A stretch of DNA of 64,000 nucleotides, taken from positions 198,692-262,691 of the forward strand of contig NW_015163647.1 in NCBI RefSeq assembly GCF_001447785.1, given 5' to 3'. The notes under the pieces are model-generated. The model searched no databases, was not told the DNA's origin, and saw only the letters and a program-made list of their open reading frames with translations. The translations under genes were made by a program, and so were the position numbers. Of the stretch, positions 49,639-61,671 are shown piece after piece. This stretch comes from Gekko japonicus (Eukaryota). The stretch's first letter is position 1. The number at the start of each line of letters is the position of its first letter.

Positions 49639-50408
49639 AGTGCCACCCTTCCTGCGCTGGGCAGAAGGGGCAGGCTGGGTGGTAGCCAACAATCCTGACC
49701 TGGGCAGGAGAGGCAGGCTGGTTCTGTGCAGGTCCCAGAGGCCGGCAGGACGCCCGGCGGCTTAGATGCCCTCTTTTATTGGAGCTGCTCAAGGCTGAGG
49801 GCATTCCCGTATCAGAGGTCGTTCCTTCCCTGCGAGAAGAGGTCTGCCCCTTCCTGTGCCCACCCAAAGAGCCTCTTCTCCCCCCCCCCGGCACTGAGCA
49901 CCCATCTGGTGCCCTTCTCTCCCTTGGGTGGGCGGGCTGGCTAAGGGACGGAGACCAGTGTTCCCTCTAAGCTGAGTTAGTGTGAGCTAGCTCACAGTTT
50001 TTTAGCCTCCAGCTCACAGATTTTTGTCTTCGCTCAGGAAGGATGGCTTCAGAGCAAACTAATTCATGCAGCAGCCAAATCGCTGGCTCACAACTTTAAT
50101 GCGAGTTGCTCTCAAAGTAGGATCTTTGCTCACAGGACTCCACAAGTTAGAGGGAGCATTGCAGCAAGTGCTCCCTCTAAGCTGAGTCAGTGTGAGCTAG
50201 CTCACAGTTTTTTAGCCTCTAGCTCTCACATTTTTGTCTCAGCTCAGGAAGGGTGGCACACAAGAGCAAACTAATGTATGCAGCAGCCGAATCGCTCGCT
50301 CACAACTTTAATGCCAGTCGCTCACAAAGTAGAATTGTTGCTCACAAGACTCCACAACTTAGAGGGAGCATTGACAGAGACTCACCCAGCCCCTCTTTTT
50401 CCCTCCAG

Positions 50409-53400
50409 AACATCCAGAGCTTGAAGAAGAAGAAGGCCAAGAAGGCCGGGAAGGGCTTGGCCAAGGACCTGCGGGAGGGGGAGGCCCCCGGCGGCAAGCT
50501 GGAGGTGGCGCCGGTGGACGTGGAGTTCTCCCTGCCCAAGTTCTCCAAGCTGCGCAAGGCCCGGAGCGCCGGGGAGGTGGCGGCGGCGGCCCGGCCCAGC
50601 CCGGATCTCTCTCCCCTCCTCTCCTCCCTGGACACCAAGCGCCGCAAGCTGAGGCTCCCCAGGCTGAAGGTCAAAGAAGCCCTGGCTGCAAGGGCAGCGG
50701 CGGCAGGGAGACTGGAGGGGGCCCCGCCCAAACCTGCTCCAGAAGGGGCCGCTGGGGCGAAAGGCTCCCGATTCACCATCCCCTTCGCCAAAGGCAAGAA
50801 GCCCAAAGAGGAGGCGACGGCGGCAGTGGGACTCCGCCCCCCGCAGGTGGAACTCGACCTCCCCATGCCCAAAGTCGGCCCCGGCAGAGAGTCTCCCAGG
50901 GCCGGTCACAAAGGCGCGGTGGTCCAAGTCCCGCCGCTTGGGCTGCCCGAGGTGGAGGTGGTCCTGCCCAGAGGAGGCCCCAAAGGAGCGCCGGAAGAGG
51001 GCTCCCTGGCGGGGCTGAGCCTCCCGACAGCGGAAGTGGCGGCCCCCGAGGTGGACGTGGCCCTGAGCCTCCCCAGTCTAGAGGGGAGGCCCCCCCCAGA
51101 GGTTGCCCTCCTCAGAGGGGAAGGCCTCCAGATCAAAGTCCCCAAGGTGGGGGTCTCTGCCGAAGGGGCCGAGAGAAAGCCGCCCCTCCTCGACGTCATC
51201 TTAGGGAAAGGGAGGGGCCGGGCGGAGGGGCCGGAGGAGCAGGCGACGCTGCCACTGGTGTCCCTGGGGGTGGGGCTCCCTTCTGTAGGCGTAGAGATCC
51301 CTTTGCCCGGGGGGAAGGCCGAAGCCGAGGCGCCCAAGCCCACCATTGAGATCCCAGAGGTCTCGATAAAGGTGCCCAGCCTCAGCCTACCCAAGCTGGG
51401 CGCCCGGGAGGGGGAAGGGGAGAGCCGGGTGCCCCAAGTGGAGCTCTCCGTGGGACAGCGGGAGAGCCCCAAGGCCAAGGGCCAGACCCCGGGCTTTGGG
51501 ATCTCCTTGACGGAGCGCAAGCCAGAGGCCCGAGAGGAGAGCAAGGCGAAGTCCCTGGGCTTCAAGATGCCCTCCCTCGACATCGCTGCCCCCAAGGTCT
51601 CCGACATGCAGCTCCCGAAGGCCTTGGGGGGGCCGGAGGAAGCCGTGGAAGGGCCCCGGTTCAAGCTCCAGGTGCCCCAGGTGTCGCTCCCCAAGTGCAG
51701 CCTCCCCACCCAGGCGGTGCCCCCCCCACCCCCCCCAGGGCCAAAGAAGCCCGAAGGCGAAGCTGGTGGGAAGGGGGGGGTCCCCGCCCTGGCTCTGTCC
51801 CTGCCGGCAGTGAAGCCCCCGGAAGTGCAGCTCCCCAAAGGCCACGTGCCGAAGCCAGAGCTGGAGCTCTGCGTGGACAGGCCGCGGGTGGAGGTGGCCC
51901 TTCCTGCCGCCCAGCGGCTGAGTTTTCCTGTGGCCACCGTGCCAGCCCTTGAGCTTGACCTGCCCAGAGCTGGGATTGAACTTGGTTTGCCCAAGGGGCC
52001 CGATCACCCACCCAGGGACCACGGGGATAAGCTGAAGATGCCCGCCCTCGAGGCCCTGAGCAAAGACCTGGCCGTAGAGGTCAGCGTCCCCAAATGCAGA
52101 GAAGAGCCGCTGGGTCCAGAGGCCCCCGAGGGGCTGGGCGTGGGGGCCATCGTGGCCAAAATCCCCCAGGTGGATCTCGCTTTCGGCAAAGAGGAAGCGG
52201 CAGAGGCGAAGCTGCCTTCCGTGGAGGTCTCGGCTGTCAAGCTCCCGCGGGTGACCATAGAGAGGGGCAGATCCCCCGAGGCGGAAGCCAAGCTGAAGTC
52301 GCCCAAATTTGCCCTCCCCAAGTTCAGCCTTTCCGGTCCCAAGGCCTGGAAGGTGAGCACAGAGCTGTTTGGGGCGGCACAGGGGGGAGGCCCCGACGAG
52401 GCAGACAAAGGGTCCAAGTTGAAGCTGCCGAAGTTCGGGATCTCCTTCCCCAAATCCAAGGGGGGTGCAGACGCAGAGGGCCCCCAGCCAGGCCCAGGGG
52501 AGAGGAGGAGCCGTCCCGGCGAGGAGGGGGAGCCCGCGGAGAGCCGGATGAAGCTGCCCTCTGTGGGGCTGCCCAAGGTGGACGTCGGGGTGCCCCAGCT
52601 GGGCCTTGGCCTACCCACTGGCAAAGCGGAGTCCTCTGACGAAGAAGGTGCCGGCGCCGTGCCCGAGCTCGGCCTAGAGCTCCCCGACATCAAGCGGAAG
52701 ATGCCCAAGTTCTCCTTGCCCAAATTCGGGGGCAAAGACAAGGAGGGCGACGTGGAGCTCGAGACGGGGGAGGCCCTGGCAGGCGAGCGGAAGGGCAAGG
52801 CCTCCAAGTTCAAAGTGGCGCTGTTTGGCATGGCCGGCCGGGACCTGGAGGGGGCAGGCCCGGGCGGGGAGGGCAAGGCCCGGGCAGGGGCCGAGAGCCC
52901 CAAGGAGAAGCCGAGGGGCCCCCTGGTCAAGATGCCGAAGCTGAAGTTGCCCTCCCCCAAGGCGGAGCTGGGCCAGGGGCACGTCCCCCAGGTGGAGCTG
53001 CCCAAGATCAGCCTCCCGGGGGCCTCGGCAGAGGAGGCCCTGCTCGTGGGGTCAGAGAGCCTCAAGGCCAAAGTGCCCTCGTTGGAGGTCGCCATGCCTG
53101 GCGCGACAACCAAAGGGGAGCCAGCCCCAGGGAGGCCCCGGGCCAGAGCCTCAGGGGCAGACCACAGAAGACACGAGGCAGGACCGAAGATCACCCAAGC
53201 ACCTTCTCTGGGCGTTTCCGCCCCCAAAGTGGAGCTGGACCTGAGCCTGCCCACCGTCGGGGCAGAGGCCCCCGTGCCACGCGGAGCCCCCGGGGCAGAG
53301 GCCAAGACCCAGCTGCCACAGGTGGAGCTGCCGACGTTTGGCAGGGGAGGAGAGCAGGGCGCCGCGGAGGCCTCCAAGATCCGGGTGCCCCAAGTGGACC

Positions 53401-55172
53401 TCTCCTTGCCCACGGCGCCGTCCTGGACTGAAGGAGAAGGGGTCGCTGCCGGGCCCGATGGAGGGCTCCATATGCCTTCCGTGGAGCTACCCAAGTTCTC
53501 CACCCCTAAAGCGAGAGCCCCAGAGTGCGAGGGCGGCCTGGAAGGAGGGGGCAAGATGCTGCCCGCGGTCGAGCTGAGCGGCCCGGCCCTCCACCTACCC
53601 AAATTCAGAGGCCCCGGCTCGGAAGCGGAAGGGGAGGGAGACGACGACGTGGGCCTGCCCCAACTCGAGCTGAAGGTTCCCAAACTCGGAGGGAGCGCCG
53701 AGCGCCTGGGCGTGGAAGCGGGGGCCAAGGAGGGCCGGGCCACGGTGCCCTGTCCGCCGAGCAGCTTCGGCCTGTGCCGGGCAGAAGAGGAGGAGGAGGA
53801 GGCCGCCTTCGGCCCCGACAGCAAGTTCAAGCTGAAGATGCCCTCGCTGAGCCTCTCCCGGGCGGGCGCGGAACCACGGGCGGACACCCAGCCCCTCTGC
53901 CCTTCCCGGAAGGAGGAGGAAGACGCCTCCTCCTCCTCCTCCTTCAGAATGCCCCAGGTCACTCTGCCGGGGGTGGGGTTCTCTGTGGCCGAGTCAGGCG
54001 GGCAGAGGAAGGCCAAAGTCGAAGCGGGGAAACTGGCAAGTGCGGAAGGTCCGGAAGCGGAGGGGTCTGAGGCCAGGCTGAAGGTGCCCAAAATCGAGAT
54101 CCCGGCGCTGGGGGTGTCGGCCGCCCCCCAAGACCCGGAGGGGAGGAAAGGCGCCTTCCGGGTGCCCGGCCTGGAGCTGGCCACGCCGACCCTCAAAGGT
54201 CACCATGCGGAGTACGAGGTGGAGGGGGCCCAGCTCCGGCACGGGGGCTCCCAGGAGCCGGGAGGGGCCGGCGGGAAGAGCCCGGGGGGGGGAGGGGAGG
54301 CCTCCGAGGCGGAGGCGGGCAGGAAGTACAAGGTGAGGATCCCCAAGTTCGGCCTCTCCTTGCCCAAAGCAGGGGAAGGCGCTCCGGGGGGGCAGGAAGG
54401 CGAGGCCAAGGCCAAGAGACCCGCTTTTGCGCTGGGGAGGCCCAAAGGGAGGGGGGCGGAGGGCTCTCCGGGGCTGCTGGAGGGCGAGGAGGAGGAGGAG
54501 GAGGAGGGCAAGGGGGTGATGGGCAGGCTGAGGCTGGGGCTCTCCCGGCTGACGGGGGGCTCCGAGGCCGAGCTGGAGGAGGAGGAGGGTTCCCCCTCCG
54601 GGAGACGGCTGCCCAAGCTGGGCTTCTCCGACGGGGAGGGCCCCCCTGGGGCCGCGCTGCAGAACGGCACTCCGGACGGCCAGGGGAAGCTGGGGAAGGT
54701 CCGGCTGCCCCAGGTGGAGCTCTCCTCTCCCTCGGCGGCGGCGGCGGCAGGAGCCGAGGGCGACCCGGAGCTCAGCCTCAAGCTGGTGAGGGCCGAGGGG
54801 GAGGGAGAGGCGGCCAAGGAGGGGGGCCCCGGCGCCTTCGCGGCCCTCCGGTTCAAGCCCCCCAAGATCACCTTCTCGGGCTTCAGGAAGAGGAACGGGG
54901 AGCCCGCCCCTGGGGCCGTGGTCGCCTCGGGGGCCCGGATGGAGATGGCCTCCCTGGAGAGGGGGGAGGCGGCCGCCAGGCCCCCCAAGTTCAAGTTCCC
55001 CAAGGTGGCCCTCAGCCCCAAGTCCCACGGCCTGCTGGAAATCGCCTCCAGCCCGAAGGAGGGGGGGAGGCGGGGCTCCCACGAGGGCCTGAAGGTCCAG
55101 CTGCCCAGGGTGGGTTTCTCGGAGGAGGCGGGGGCCCCCGAAGGCCCGGGGAAAGCCACCGCCGCTGTGTGA
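50409..55172 (+). CDS. PRX: PRX large terminal exon (L-periaxin), 1587 aa
   Basis: ccctccag|NIQSLKKKKAKK; basic NLS-like clusters, PVDVEFSLPKFSKLR, many PKF/PQVEL motifs, acidic tail, KFKFPKVALSPK, ends ATAAV*. Confidence 0.95.
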   Translation, partial: NIQSLKKKKAKKAGKGLAKDLREGEAPGGKLEVAPVDVEFSLPKFSKLRKARSAGEVAAAARPSPDLSPLLSSLDTKRRKLRLPRLKVKEALAARAAAAGRLEGAPPKPAPEGAAGAKGSRFTIPFAKGKKPKEEATAAVGLRPPQVELDLPMPKVGPGRESPRAGHKGAVVQVPPLGLPEVEVVLPRGGPKGAPEEGSLAGLSLPTAEVAAPEVDVALSLPSLEGRPPPEVALLRGEGLQIKVPKVGVSAEGAERKPPLLDVILGKGRGRAEGPEEQATLPLVSLGVGLPSVGVEIPLPGGKAEAEAPKPTIEIPEVSIKVPSLSLPKLGAREGEGESRVPQVELSVGQRESPKAKGQTPGFGISLTERKPEAREESKAKSLGFKMPSLDIAAPKVSDMQLPKALGGPEEAVEGPRFKLQVPQVSLPKCSLPTQAVPPPPPPGPKKPEGEAGGKGGVPALALSLPAVKPPEVQLPKGHVPKPELELCVDRPRVEVALPAAQRLSFPVATVPALELDLPRAGIELGLPKGPDHPPRDHGDKLKMPALEALSKDLAVEVSVPKCREEPLGPEAPEGLGVGAIVAKIPQVDLAFGKEEAAEAKLPSVEVSAVKLPRVTIERGRSPEAEAKLKSPKFALPKFSLSGPKAWKVSTELFGAAQGGGPDEADKGSKLKLPKFGISFPKSKGGADAEGPQPGPGERRSRPGEEGEPAESRMKLPSVGLPKVDVGVPQLGLGLPTGKAESSDEEGAGAVPELGLELPDIKRKMPKFSLPKFGGKDKEGDVELETGEALAGERKGKASKFKVALFGMAGRDLEGAGPGGEGKARAGAESPKEKPRGPLVKMPKLKLPSPKAELGQGHVPQVELPKISLPGASAEEALLVGSESLKAKVPSLEVAMPGATTKGEPAPGRPRARASGADHRRHEAGPKITQAPSLGVSAPKVELDLSLPTVGAEAPVPRGAPGAEAKTQLPQVELPTFGRGGEQGAAEASKIRVPQVDLSLPTAPSWTEGEGVAAGPDGGLHMPSVELPKFSTPKARAPECEGGLEGGGKMLPAVELSGPALHLPKFRGPGSEAEGEGDDDVGLPQLELKVPKLGGSAERLGVEAGAKEGRATVPCPPSSFGLCRAEEEEEEAAFGPDSKFKLKMPSLSLSRAGAEPRADTQPLCPSRKEEEDASSSSSFRMPQVTLPGVGFSVAESGGQRKAKVEAGKLASAEGPEAEGSEARLKVPKIEIPALGVSAAPQDPEGRKGAFRVPGLELATPTLKGHHAEYEVEGAQLRHGGSQEPGGAGGKSPGGGGEASEAEAGRKYKVRIPKFGLSLPKAGEGAPGGQEGEAKAKRPAFALGRPKGRGAEGSPGLLEGEEEEEEEGKGVMGRLRLGLSRLTGGSEAELEEEEGSPSGRRLPKLGFSDGEGPPGAALQNGTPDGQGKLGKVRLPQVELSSPSAAAAAGAEGDPELSLKLVRAEGEGEAAKEGGPGAFAALRFKPPKITFSGFRKRNGEPAPGAVVASGARMEMASLERGEAAARPPKFKFPKVALSPKSHGLLEIASSPKEGGRRGSHEGLKVQLPRVGFSEEAGAPEGPGKATAAV

Positions 55173-56723
55173 GGCTGGGGGACCACCGCCCCGCTGCCCG
55201 CCAGATATTTAGCACTAACCACAAGCAGTGGGGTGGGGGGAGGCAGGCAGGCAGGATGGGCGCCCCCACCCACCCACTTCTGCTGAGCTCCACCTCTGGG
55301 AGGGGGGGGTCTGTCTGTCTTCTCTGTGGACCAGGCAGGGGCCCCTCTCCGACTGCGCTCCTTTCACCCCTGCAAGCCGCCGCCCGGGACAGATCCGCTT
55401 CTCTGCAGAACGCCGGGGCTGGCGTGGAACGTTCCTCTCGCTCTCCCTAATGTCCGGCAGCGTGTTGTCCGCTAATAACAGCTACTGAAGGGCGATTGGA
55501 AGGACCAGGCAAAGGCCTCCTCCGCCCGCCCCCCCTTCCCTTAACAGCCTTTTAACTTGAGAACAGGGCCTCTTTGGCTGAGCACCCACTGCGCCCAGGG
55601 AAGAGGAGGGGGTGCTCTAGGCTGGGGTCATTTCATAGGAAAAGAGGTGCAGGAGCTCATTAGCATAACTCATTTGCATACACCACATCCCCTGACAAAG
55701 GCGACACCCACCGCTCAGGCTCCACTGGACTGTTTTGGATGGCTAGCNNNNNNNNNNNNNNNNNNNNNNNNNNNNNNNNNNNNNNNNNNNNNNNNNNNNN
55801 NNNNNNNNNNNNNNNNNNNNNNNNNNNNNNNNNNNNNNNNNNNNNNNNNNNNNNNNNNNNNNNNNNNNNNNNNNNNNNNNNNNNNNNNNNNNNNNNNNNN
55901 NNNNNNNNNNNNNNNNNNNNNNNNNNNNNNNNNNNNNNNNNNNNNNNNNNNNNNNNNNNNNNNNNNNNNNNNNNNNNNNNNNNNNNNNNNNNNNNNNNNN
56001 NNNNNNNNNNNNNNNNNNNNNAAGAGTGGGGGTGGCAACGGGGGTCTTCTCTCCCAAGGGAAGTATGCAGGCTGAGTTAAAGTGAGGAAGGACTCAGCGG
56101 TCCTTTGTGTGGGCAGCCGGGCAGCCAGGCTCCCCCTGACCTGTGCAACCCCAGGACTGGTGGGAGGTGGGGCCCTTCCCAACTTGCTTAAGGTGAGGTT
56201 TGGGGGGCTGTCGGAAGGCAAAGCTCTCCCCTTTCCCAGCCCCCTCCTTCTTAGCAGGGTCTCCTCCTTCCCTTCACAGTGGGAGTTCAGAAAAACCCAT
56301 TTTGACTTGAATGAGAAGCACACACACACACACACACACACACCCCCCCCCGCAAAAGGACTAACGGCTTAATTTTAAACGAGCATTTAAGTAGCTCCAA
56401 TCCTGCAACTGTGAAATATCTCGGGCGAGGTTCTCGGAAGGAAAGAGTTGGGGGAGGGGGGGGGGGGGGGGAGTCCTGTCCCCAGGGACTGAAGAAAGGG
56501 GTGGGGTGGGGGGATGCAGAACGGATGTCCTGTTAATTCTGAGATGTACAGAAGTCTTTCAAGCCTAATTTGTTAACGACAACTGGCCCGGTGTGAGGGG
56601 CTTCCAGTACTTGCCACTAAAACTCTCTCTGCCGGATGGTGTTTTGTGAATCACTTTTTAAAAAACAAGGATGTTTGGTGGATCTTTCGAGGCCGTCTCC
56701 TCCCACCTCGCAGTCTGGGTTTG

Positions 56724-56729
56724 AATAAA
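56724..56729 (+). terminator. Candidate PRX polyadenylation signal AATAAA
   Basis: First AATAAA seen after the PRX stop in sequenced bases (a gap lies at 55748-56021). Confidence 0.55.
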
Positions 56730-56891
56730 ATTAATCTGTGGACTAACTTGGCTGCCTTTTGCATCCTCTTTGCCGGTCATGAACAGGGGAGTGGCCGGGG
56801 GGGGGCAGACACCCTCGAGGGGTTTGTGAGTACATCCGTGCGCATGAGAGAGGCCTCAGTCGCCATTTTCTTAACACTCAAATACGCAACT

Positions 56892-57856
56892 TAAGAACAT
56901 AAGAGAAGCCCATGTTGGATCAGACCAATGGCCCCTCCAGTCCAACACTCTGTGTCACACAGTGGCCAGAAATACGAGGGGCCCTCAGGAGGTCCAGCAG
57001 TGGGGCCAGGACACCAGAAGCCCTCCCACTGCTGCCCCCCTAAAGCACCAAGAATACAGAGCATCCCTTGACCCAGACTGAGAATTCCCATCTATACCTG
57101 GTGGCTAATAGCCACCGATGAACCTCTGCTCCAGATGTTTACCCAATTCATAAGAACACAAGAGAGAAGCCAATGTTGGATCAGGCCAATGGCCCATCCA
57201 GTCCAACACTCTTGTCACACGGTGGCCAGAAATACCAGGAGCCATCAGGAGGTCCAGCAGTGGGACCGGAACTCCAAAAGCCCTCCCACTGTTGCCCCTC
57301 CCCAAGCACCAAGAAGACAGAGCATCACTTAACCCCAGACTGAGAGTTCCTGTCTATACCTTGTGGCTTATAGCCACTGATGGACCTCTGCTCCAGATGT
57401 TTACCTAATTCCCTCTTGAAGCCATCTATGCCTGTAGCAGCTGCTCCCTCCCGTGGCCGTGAATTCCAGGTGTTAATCACTCTTTGGGTGAAGTAGTGCT
57501 TCCTTTTATCTGTTCTAACCCGACCGCTCAGCAATTTCATGGAGTGCCCACGAGTTCTTGTGTTGTGAGAAAGGGAGAAAAGTACCTCTTTCTCTACCTG
57601 CTCTATCCCAGGCATAATCTTGTAAACCTCGATCGTGTCACCCCCTCAGCCGTCGTTTCTCCAAGCTAAAGAGCCCCCAGCGCTTTAACCTTTCCTCATA
57701 GGGAAAGTGTTCCAACCCTTTTATCATTCTAGTTGCCCTTTTTCTGCACTTTTCCCAATGCTATAATATCCTTTTTGAGGTGTGGTGACCAGAACTGTAC
57801 ACAGTCCTCCAAATGAGGCTGCAGCATCGATTTATACAAGGGCGTTATTATGATAC
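56892..57856 (-). mobile_element. CR1 LINE 3' fragment with tandemly duplicated 3'UTR
   Basis: TRTRGHSMKLLSGRVRTDKRKHYFTQRVINTWNS; two 3'UTR copies at ~56892 and ~57150. Confidence 0.88.
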
Positions 57857-58739
57857 TGCGCTCGGCTCATGCAAAGCAGGGGCAGAGAGGCTTTCCAGAA
57901 GTCCCCGTGGGGCACAGCCAGAAGAAGTGTCGTGTGGCGAGACGGGCCCAGAATTGAGGCCCCCCCGGGGCAGTCCTGCACCCTCCGTCTCGACCCTCAC
58001 AAAGCGCAGCCAGGTGGGGCTAACGGGGGGCTTCGCCCATCTGCAGTATTTTATTTATTTCATTACATTTATGAATCGCCTCATCCCCACAAATGCGGGG
58101 CTCTAGGCAATGGACAAATTTAAAATAAAACCATGAAACTATCCCAACCTATTATACACAGGTAAAACAAACCAGCAAATTTATATTTTGTAGTGCCGTC
58201 CCAATCCTGGCTTTTGAGTGTTTCGTGGGCACGGGGAGGAAATTCGGAAATGGGATCCCCTTGTCCGCAGGAGTCCCTCCCCCCCCCCCGGTAGGGGAGG
58301 GGGGCACGGCGCTTCCTAGGCCTTCCAGGGGATCTGCTGAGTAGTGGGCCTATCGACCACAAGGGGTCTTCTGTTTAACACTCCATACCTGGCTTCTCTC
58401 CTCTGTCCGCTGCTTAAATCAAATCATTAGCAATTTATTCCAGCATTTATCCTGTCTGAATAATCTTTTAAAGAGACAGAAAAGCACTCCTAGGGCATGA
58501 ATTCCACTGTGCCCTCCGTTAAGTAGCTGGATAACGAAACCACAAGGCCAAAAGCGAAAAGACACAGAACAGGGGAGCAGCGCAACAGTTCAAATACTGT
58601 CTTTTCCCAAGCAACAGCGGAAAATGCAGGTTCTTGAGAGGCAAAGCTTGTAAGATGTGTGCCGGAGAGATATGCCCAGCTGGTTTACAAGAGATAAAAG
58701 GAGTAAAAGCTTTGAAACCTTTCCAGAAACGGGGAGCTC

Positions 58740-58940
58740 ACTTGCAGCGCGTCTTTCGGTGAGCCGGCCGAAACCGGAAGTCGGGTCTTGGGTCAAAGCA
58801 GTGGGGAGGAAGCGCATCGCGTAGGGCCGGCCATCTTCCAGCCCAGCCTCTACAGAGGCCGGTGCCGCCTTTGAAGACCTGCCCCAGACAAAGAAGGTCG
58901 GCCGCACAAAGTGCTAGGAATAACTCACACGTGTCCCTTT
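58740..58940. promoter_or_regulatory. CpG-enriched promoter-like segment upstream of HIPK4
   Basis: ETS site CCGGAAGT 58774-58781, YY1-type GGCCATCTT 58829-58837, CACGTG at ~58929. Confidence 0.4.
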
Positions 58941-60006
58941 TTGGTCGCCTCTTTCCCGGCCCGGCTTCGCTTCCAGAGGAGGGCCCAGCTCCCCCTCCGT
59001 GGTGGTCCTCATGTGCCGCTACTCCTCTCCCTCCAAAAGCCTGCAAAATGCACAGTAACGAAATGCGGCCTGCTTTGTGCCATGCGCCTCTCCTCAGCCT
59101 GCCCCGCCATGGTAGGACGTGGGGTGAGCTGGGGGGGGGGCGCTTCTGCCGCAGTCCCTTCGTACAAGTACCCGGATGTCCCTGGGCTAGGAGCTCTCAA
59201 ACTCTGCAGAAGCAGCTCCCGCGGGGAACCGTCTCCCATCACACCCCCACCGTTCCCTGGCCTTCAGCCTCAAAGTCAAGAAAGGGGTCAGACTACGGGC
59301 CGAGGCCGTGCTGGAGCACCGGGGGCCTTTGCTCAGTCAAGCCACCCCAGAAAGGGGGGGAAGGGAATAAAGGAGGCCCTTCAATGTTCCCTCTAAGCTG
59401 AGTTAGTGTGAGCTAGCTCAGTTTTTTAGCCTCCGGCTCTCACATGTTTGTCTCCGCTCAGGCAGGAGGGCTCCGGAGCAGACTACTTTATGCAGCGGTC
59501 GAACCACTTGCTAACAACTTTAATGCCAGTAGCTCACGAAGTAGAATTTTTGCTCACAAGACTCCACAGCTTGGAGGGAGCCTTGGTCCCCTTCCTTTGG
59601 GGAACCAAAAACCTCTGGGCAAGAGCACACCGCCTGCATCTGGAGACATTATATGTTCCCCAGGGAACGGGCAGTCTCTGAGCTCCTGCCTGTTCCAAAT
59701 GCGGCACGTGGGAAGGTGGTTCTGGTCCTCGTCTAAGGAGTGAGTCTTTGAGAGAAGCGGCTGCAGGGAAGGGGGGCTGAGGTCCAGGACGCACCAGCAG
59801 GAAAGGGAGTCCCGTCAGCCGCTCCGAAGAGGGGGTGGCCACCGACCGACCCCCACAACAGAACCTTCTTAGCGCGGCAACTTTGGAACCGAGCCGACTG
59901 TTACATCACCTGCTGTTCCGGAGAAGGGCCGGGGTTCTCTCTGCTCCAGGAAAGCTGAACCTCTGTTTGCAAGAAGCCACTTTGCACCGGTGTTTCTGGG
60001 GGAACG

Positions 60007-61671
60007 ATGGTCACAATCGAGATGACGTCCGACTACGACGTGTTCGAGATCCTGGGGAAGGGGACCTTCGGGGAAGTGGTGAAGAGCTGGAAGCGGAGCA
60101 GCGGGGAGATGGTGGCCATCAAGGTCCTGAAGAACGACTCCTACCGGAGCCGGATCATCAAGAACGAGCTGAAGCTGCTGCAGACGATGGCCGAGGTGGA
60201 CATGGAGGAGTCGCACATCGTCCAGTTCCACGAGTTCTTCCACGACGAGCTCAAGTTCTACCTGGTCTTCGAGCTCCTGGAGCAGAACCTCTTCGACTTC
60301 CAGAAAGAACACAACTTCTCCCCGCTGCCGATCCGGCACATCCGCACGGTGACCACGCAGGTGCTCAGAGCCCTGGCCAAGCTGAAGGAGCTCTCCATCA
60401 TCCACGCCGACCTGAAGCCCGAGAACATCATGCTGGTCGACCAGGTGAGATACCCTTTCTACGTCAAGGTGATCGACTTCGGCTCGGCCAGCATCTTCAA
60501 CGAGGTGCGCTACGTCAAAGAGCCATATATCCAGTCCCGGTTCTACCGAGCCCCGGAGATACTCCTGGGCCTGCCCTTCTGCGAGAAAGTGGACGTGTGG
60601 TCCCTGGGGTGCGTCATGGCGGAGCTCCACCTCGGCTGGCCCCTGTACCCCGGGAACAACGAGTACGACCAGATCCGGTACATCTGTGAGACCCAAGGGA
60701 TGCCGAGGCACACCATCCTCAACGCGGCCAGGAAGGTCCACCTCTTCTTCAAAAGGGGGCAGCACCAGGAGGCCGCCAACACCTGGCAGCTGAAGACCCC
60801 GGCCGAGTACCTGGCGGACACCAAGGTGAAGCCGGTGGAGAGGAGGAAGTACATCCTGAAGTCCCTGGACCAGCTGGAGACGCTGAACGTCCACAAGATG
60901 ATCTACCCGGACTCCGAGGCCCTGGCCGAGTACCTGGACCTCCGCAGCATGGTGGAGCTCATCAAGCGGATGCTGACCTGGGACTCCCATGAGCGCATCA
61001 CCCCCAGCGCGGCTCTGAAGCACCCCTACGTCTCCACGCAGCCCCTCAAGCAGAACTACGGCCACACCCAGTACTACCAGTGGTGCCTGCGGAGCCTGCT
61101 GGAGTCCATGCCCGGCGGCAGCAGTGGCGGCAGCAGCAAGGCCGGGGGGGAGGCGGCGGAGGCGGAGGGCCTGCAGCCCTACGGCGCCCTGGAAGAGGAG
61201 CGGTTCTACGCCACCCAGGAGTCCTTCCCGGAGGAGAACGCCGCTCACAGCGTCCAGCGGACCACCAGCCAAATGGACGGCCTCAGCCTGGCCGAGGCAG
61301 GCCGGGACCCGCCCCCGGTGGTGTGGGACGAAGGAGACAGCAGGGGGCTGTACGAGCCCCTCTCCGGCCCCGCCGAGGCGGCCTCTGGCCGGCGCAAGAC
61401 CCTCCAGCAGACCTTCCTCCTGCGCCACGAGCAGGAGCCCATCCTGGCCTTCTACCGGAACCGGCACAGCAGCCCCAAACACCGCAAGGCCTCCCGCCGC
61501 GCGCCGCCCGATCTGGCCTTCGACAACCTGATCCTGCTGGGCCAGGGCTCACCCGAGGACGTGGCGGACTGGGAGAAGGGGAGCAACCACAGCGCCACGT
61601 CCCTGGCGGAGCCCGGCGCCAGGGAAGGCCCCGGCCTCACTCAGGGCCGGATGCTTTCACCCGCGATGCAG
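60007..61671 (+). CDS. HIPK4: Homeodomain-interacting protein kinase 4, main coding exon (555 codons)
   Basis: aacgATGG Kozak; GKGTFG, VAIK, HADLKPEN, DFG, EPYIQSRFYRAPE activation segment typical of HIPK4; donor CAG|gtagac at 61672; synteny with PRX. Confidence 0.92.

Noticed and set aside
50253-50408. N-terminal 52 aa of the 1639-aa ORF
   Set aside because: Intronic and mostly MITE-derived; the real exon begins at the acceptor at 50409
50906-55273. Long minus-strand ORFs (362, 730, 362 and 357 aa) over PRX
   Set aside because: Antisense shadows of a GC-rich CDS with no recognisable domain; the 537-aa ORF opposite HIPK4 (59869-61482) is rejected for the same reason
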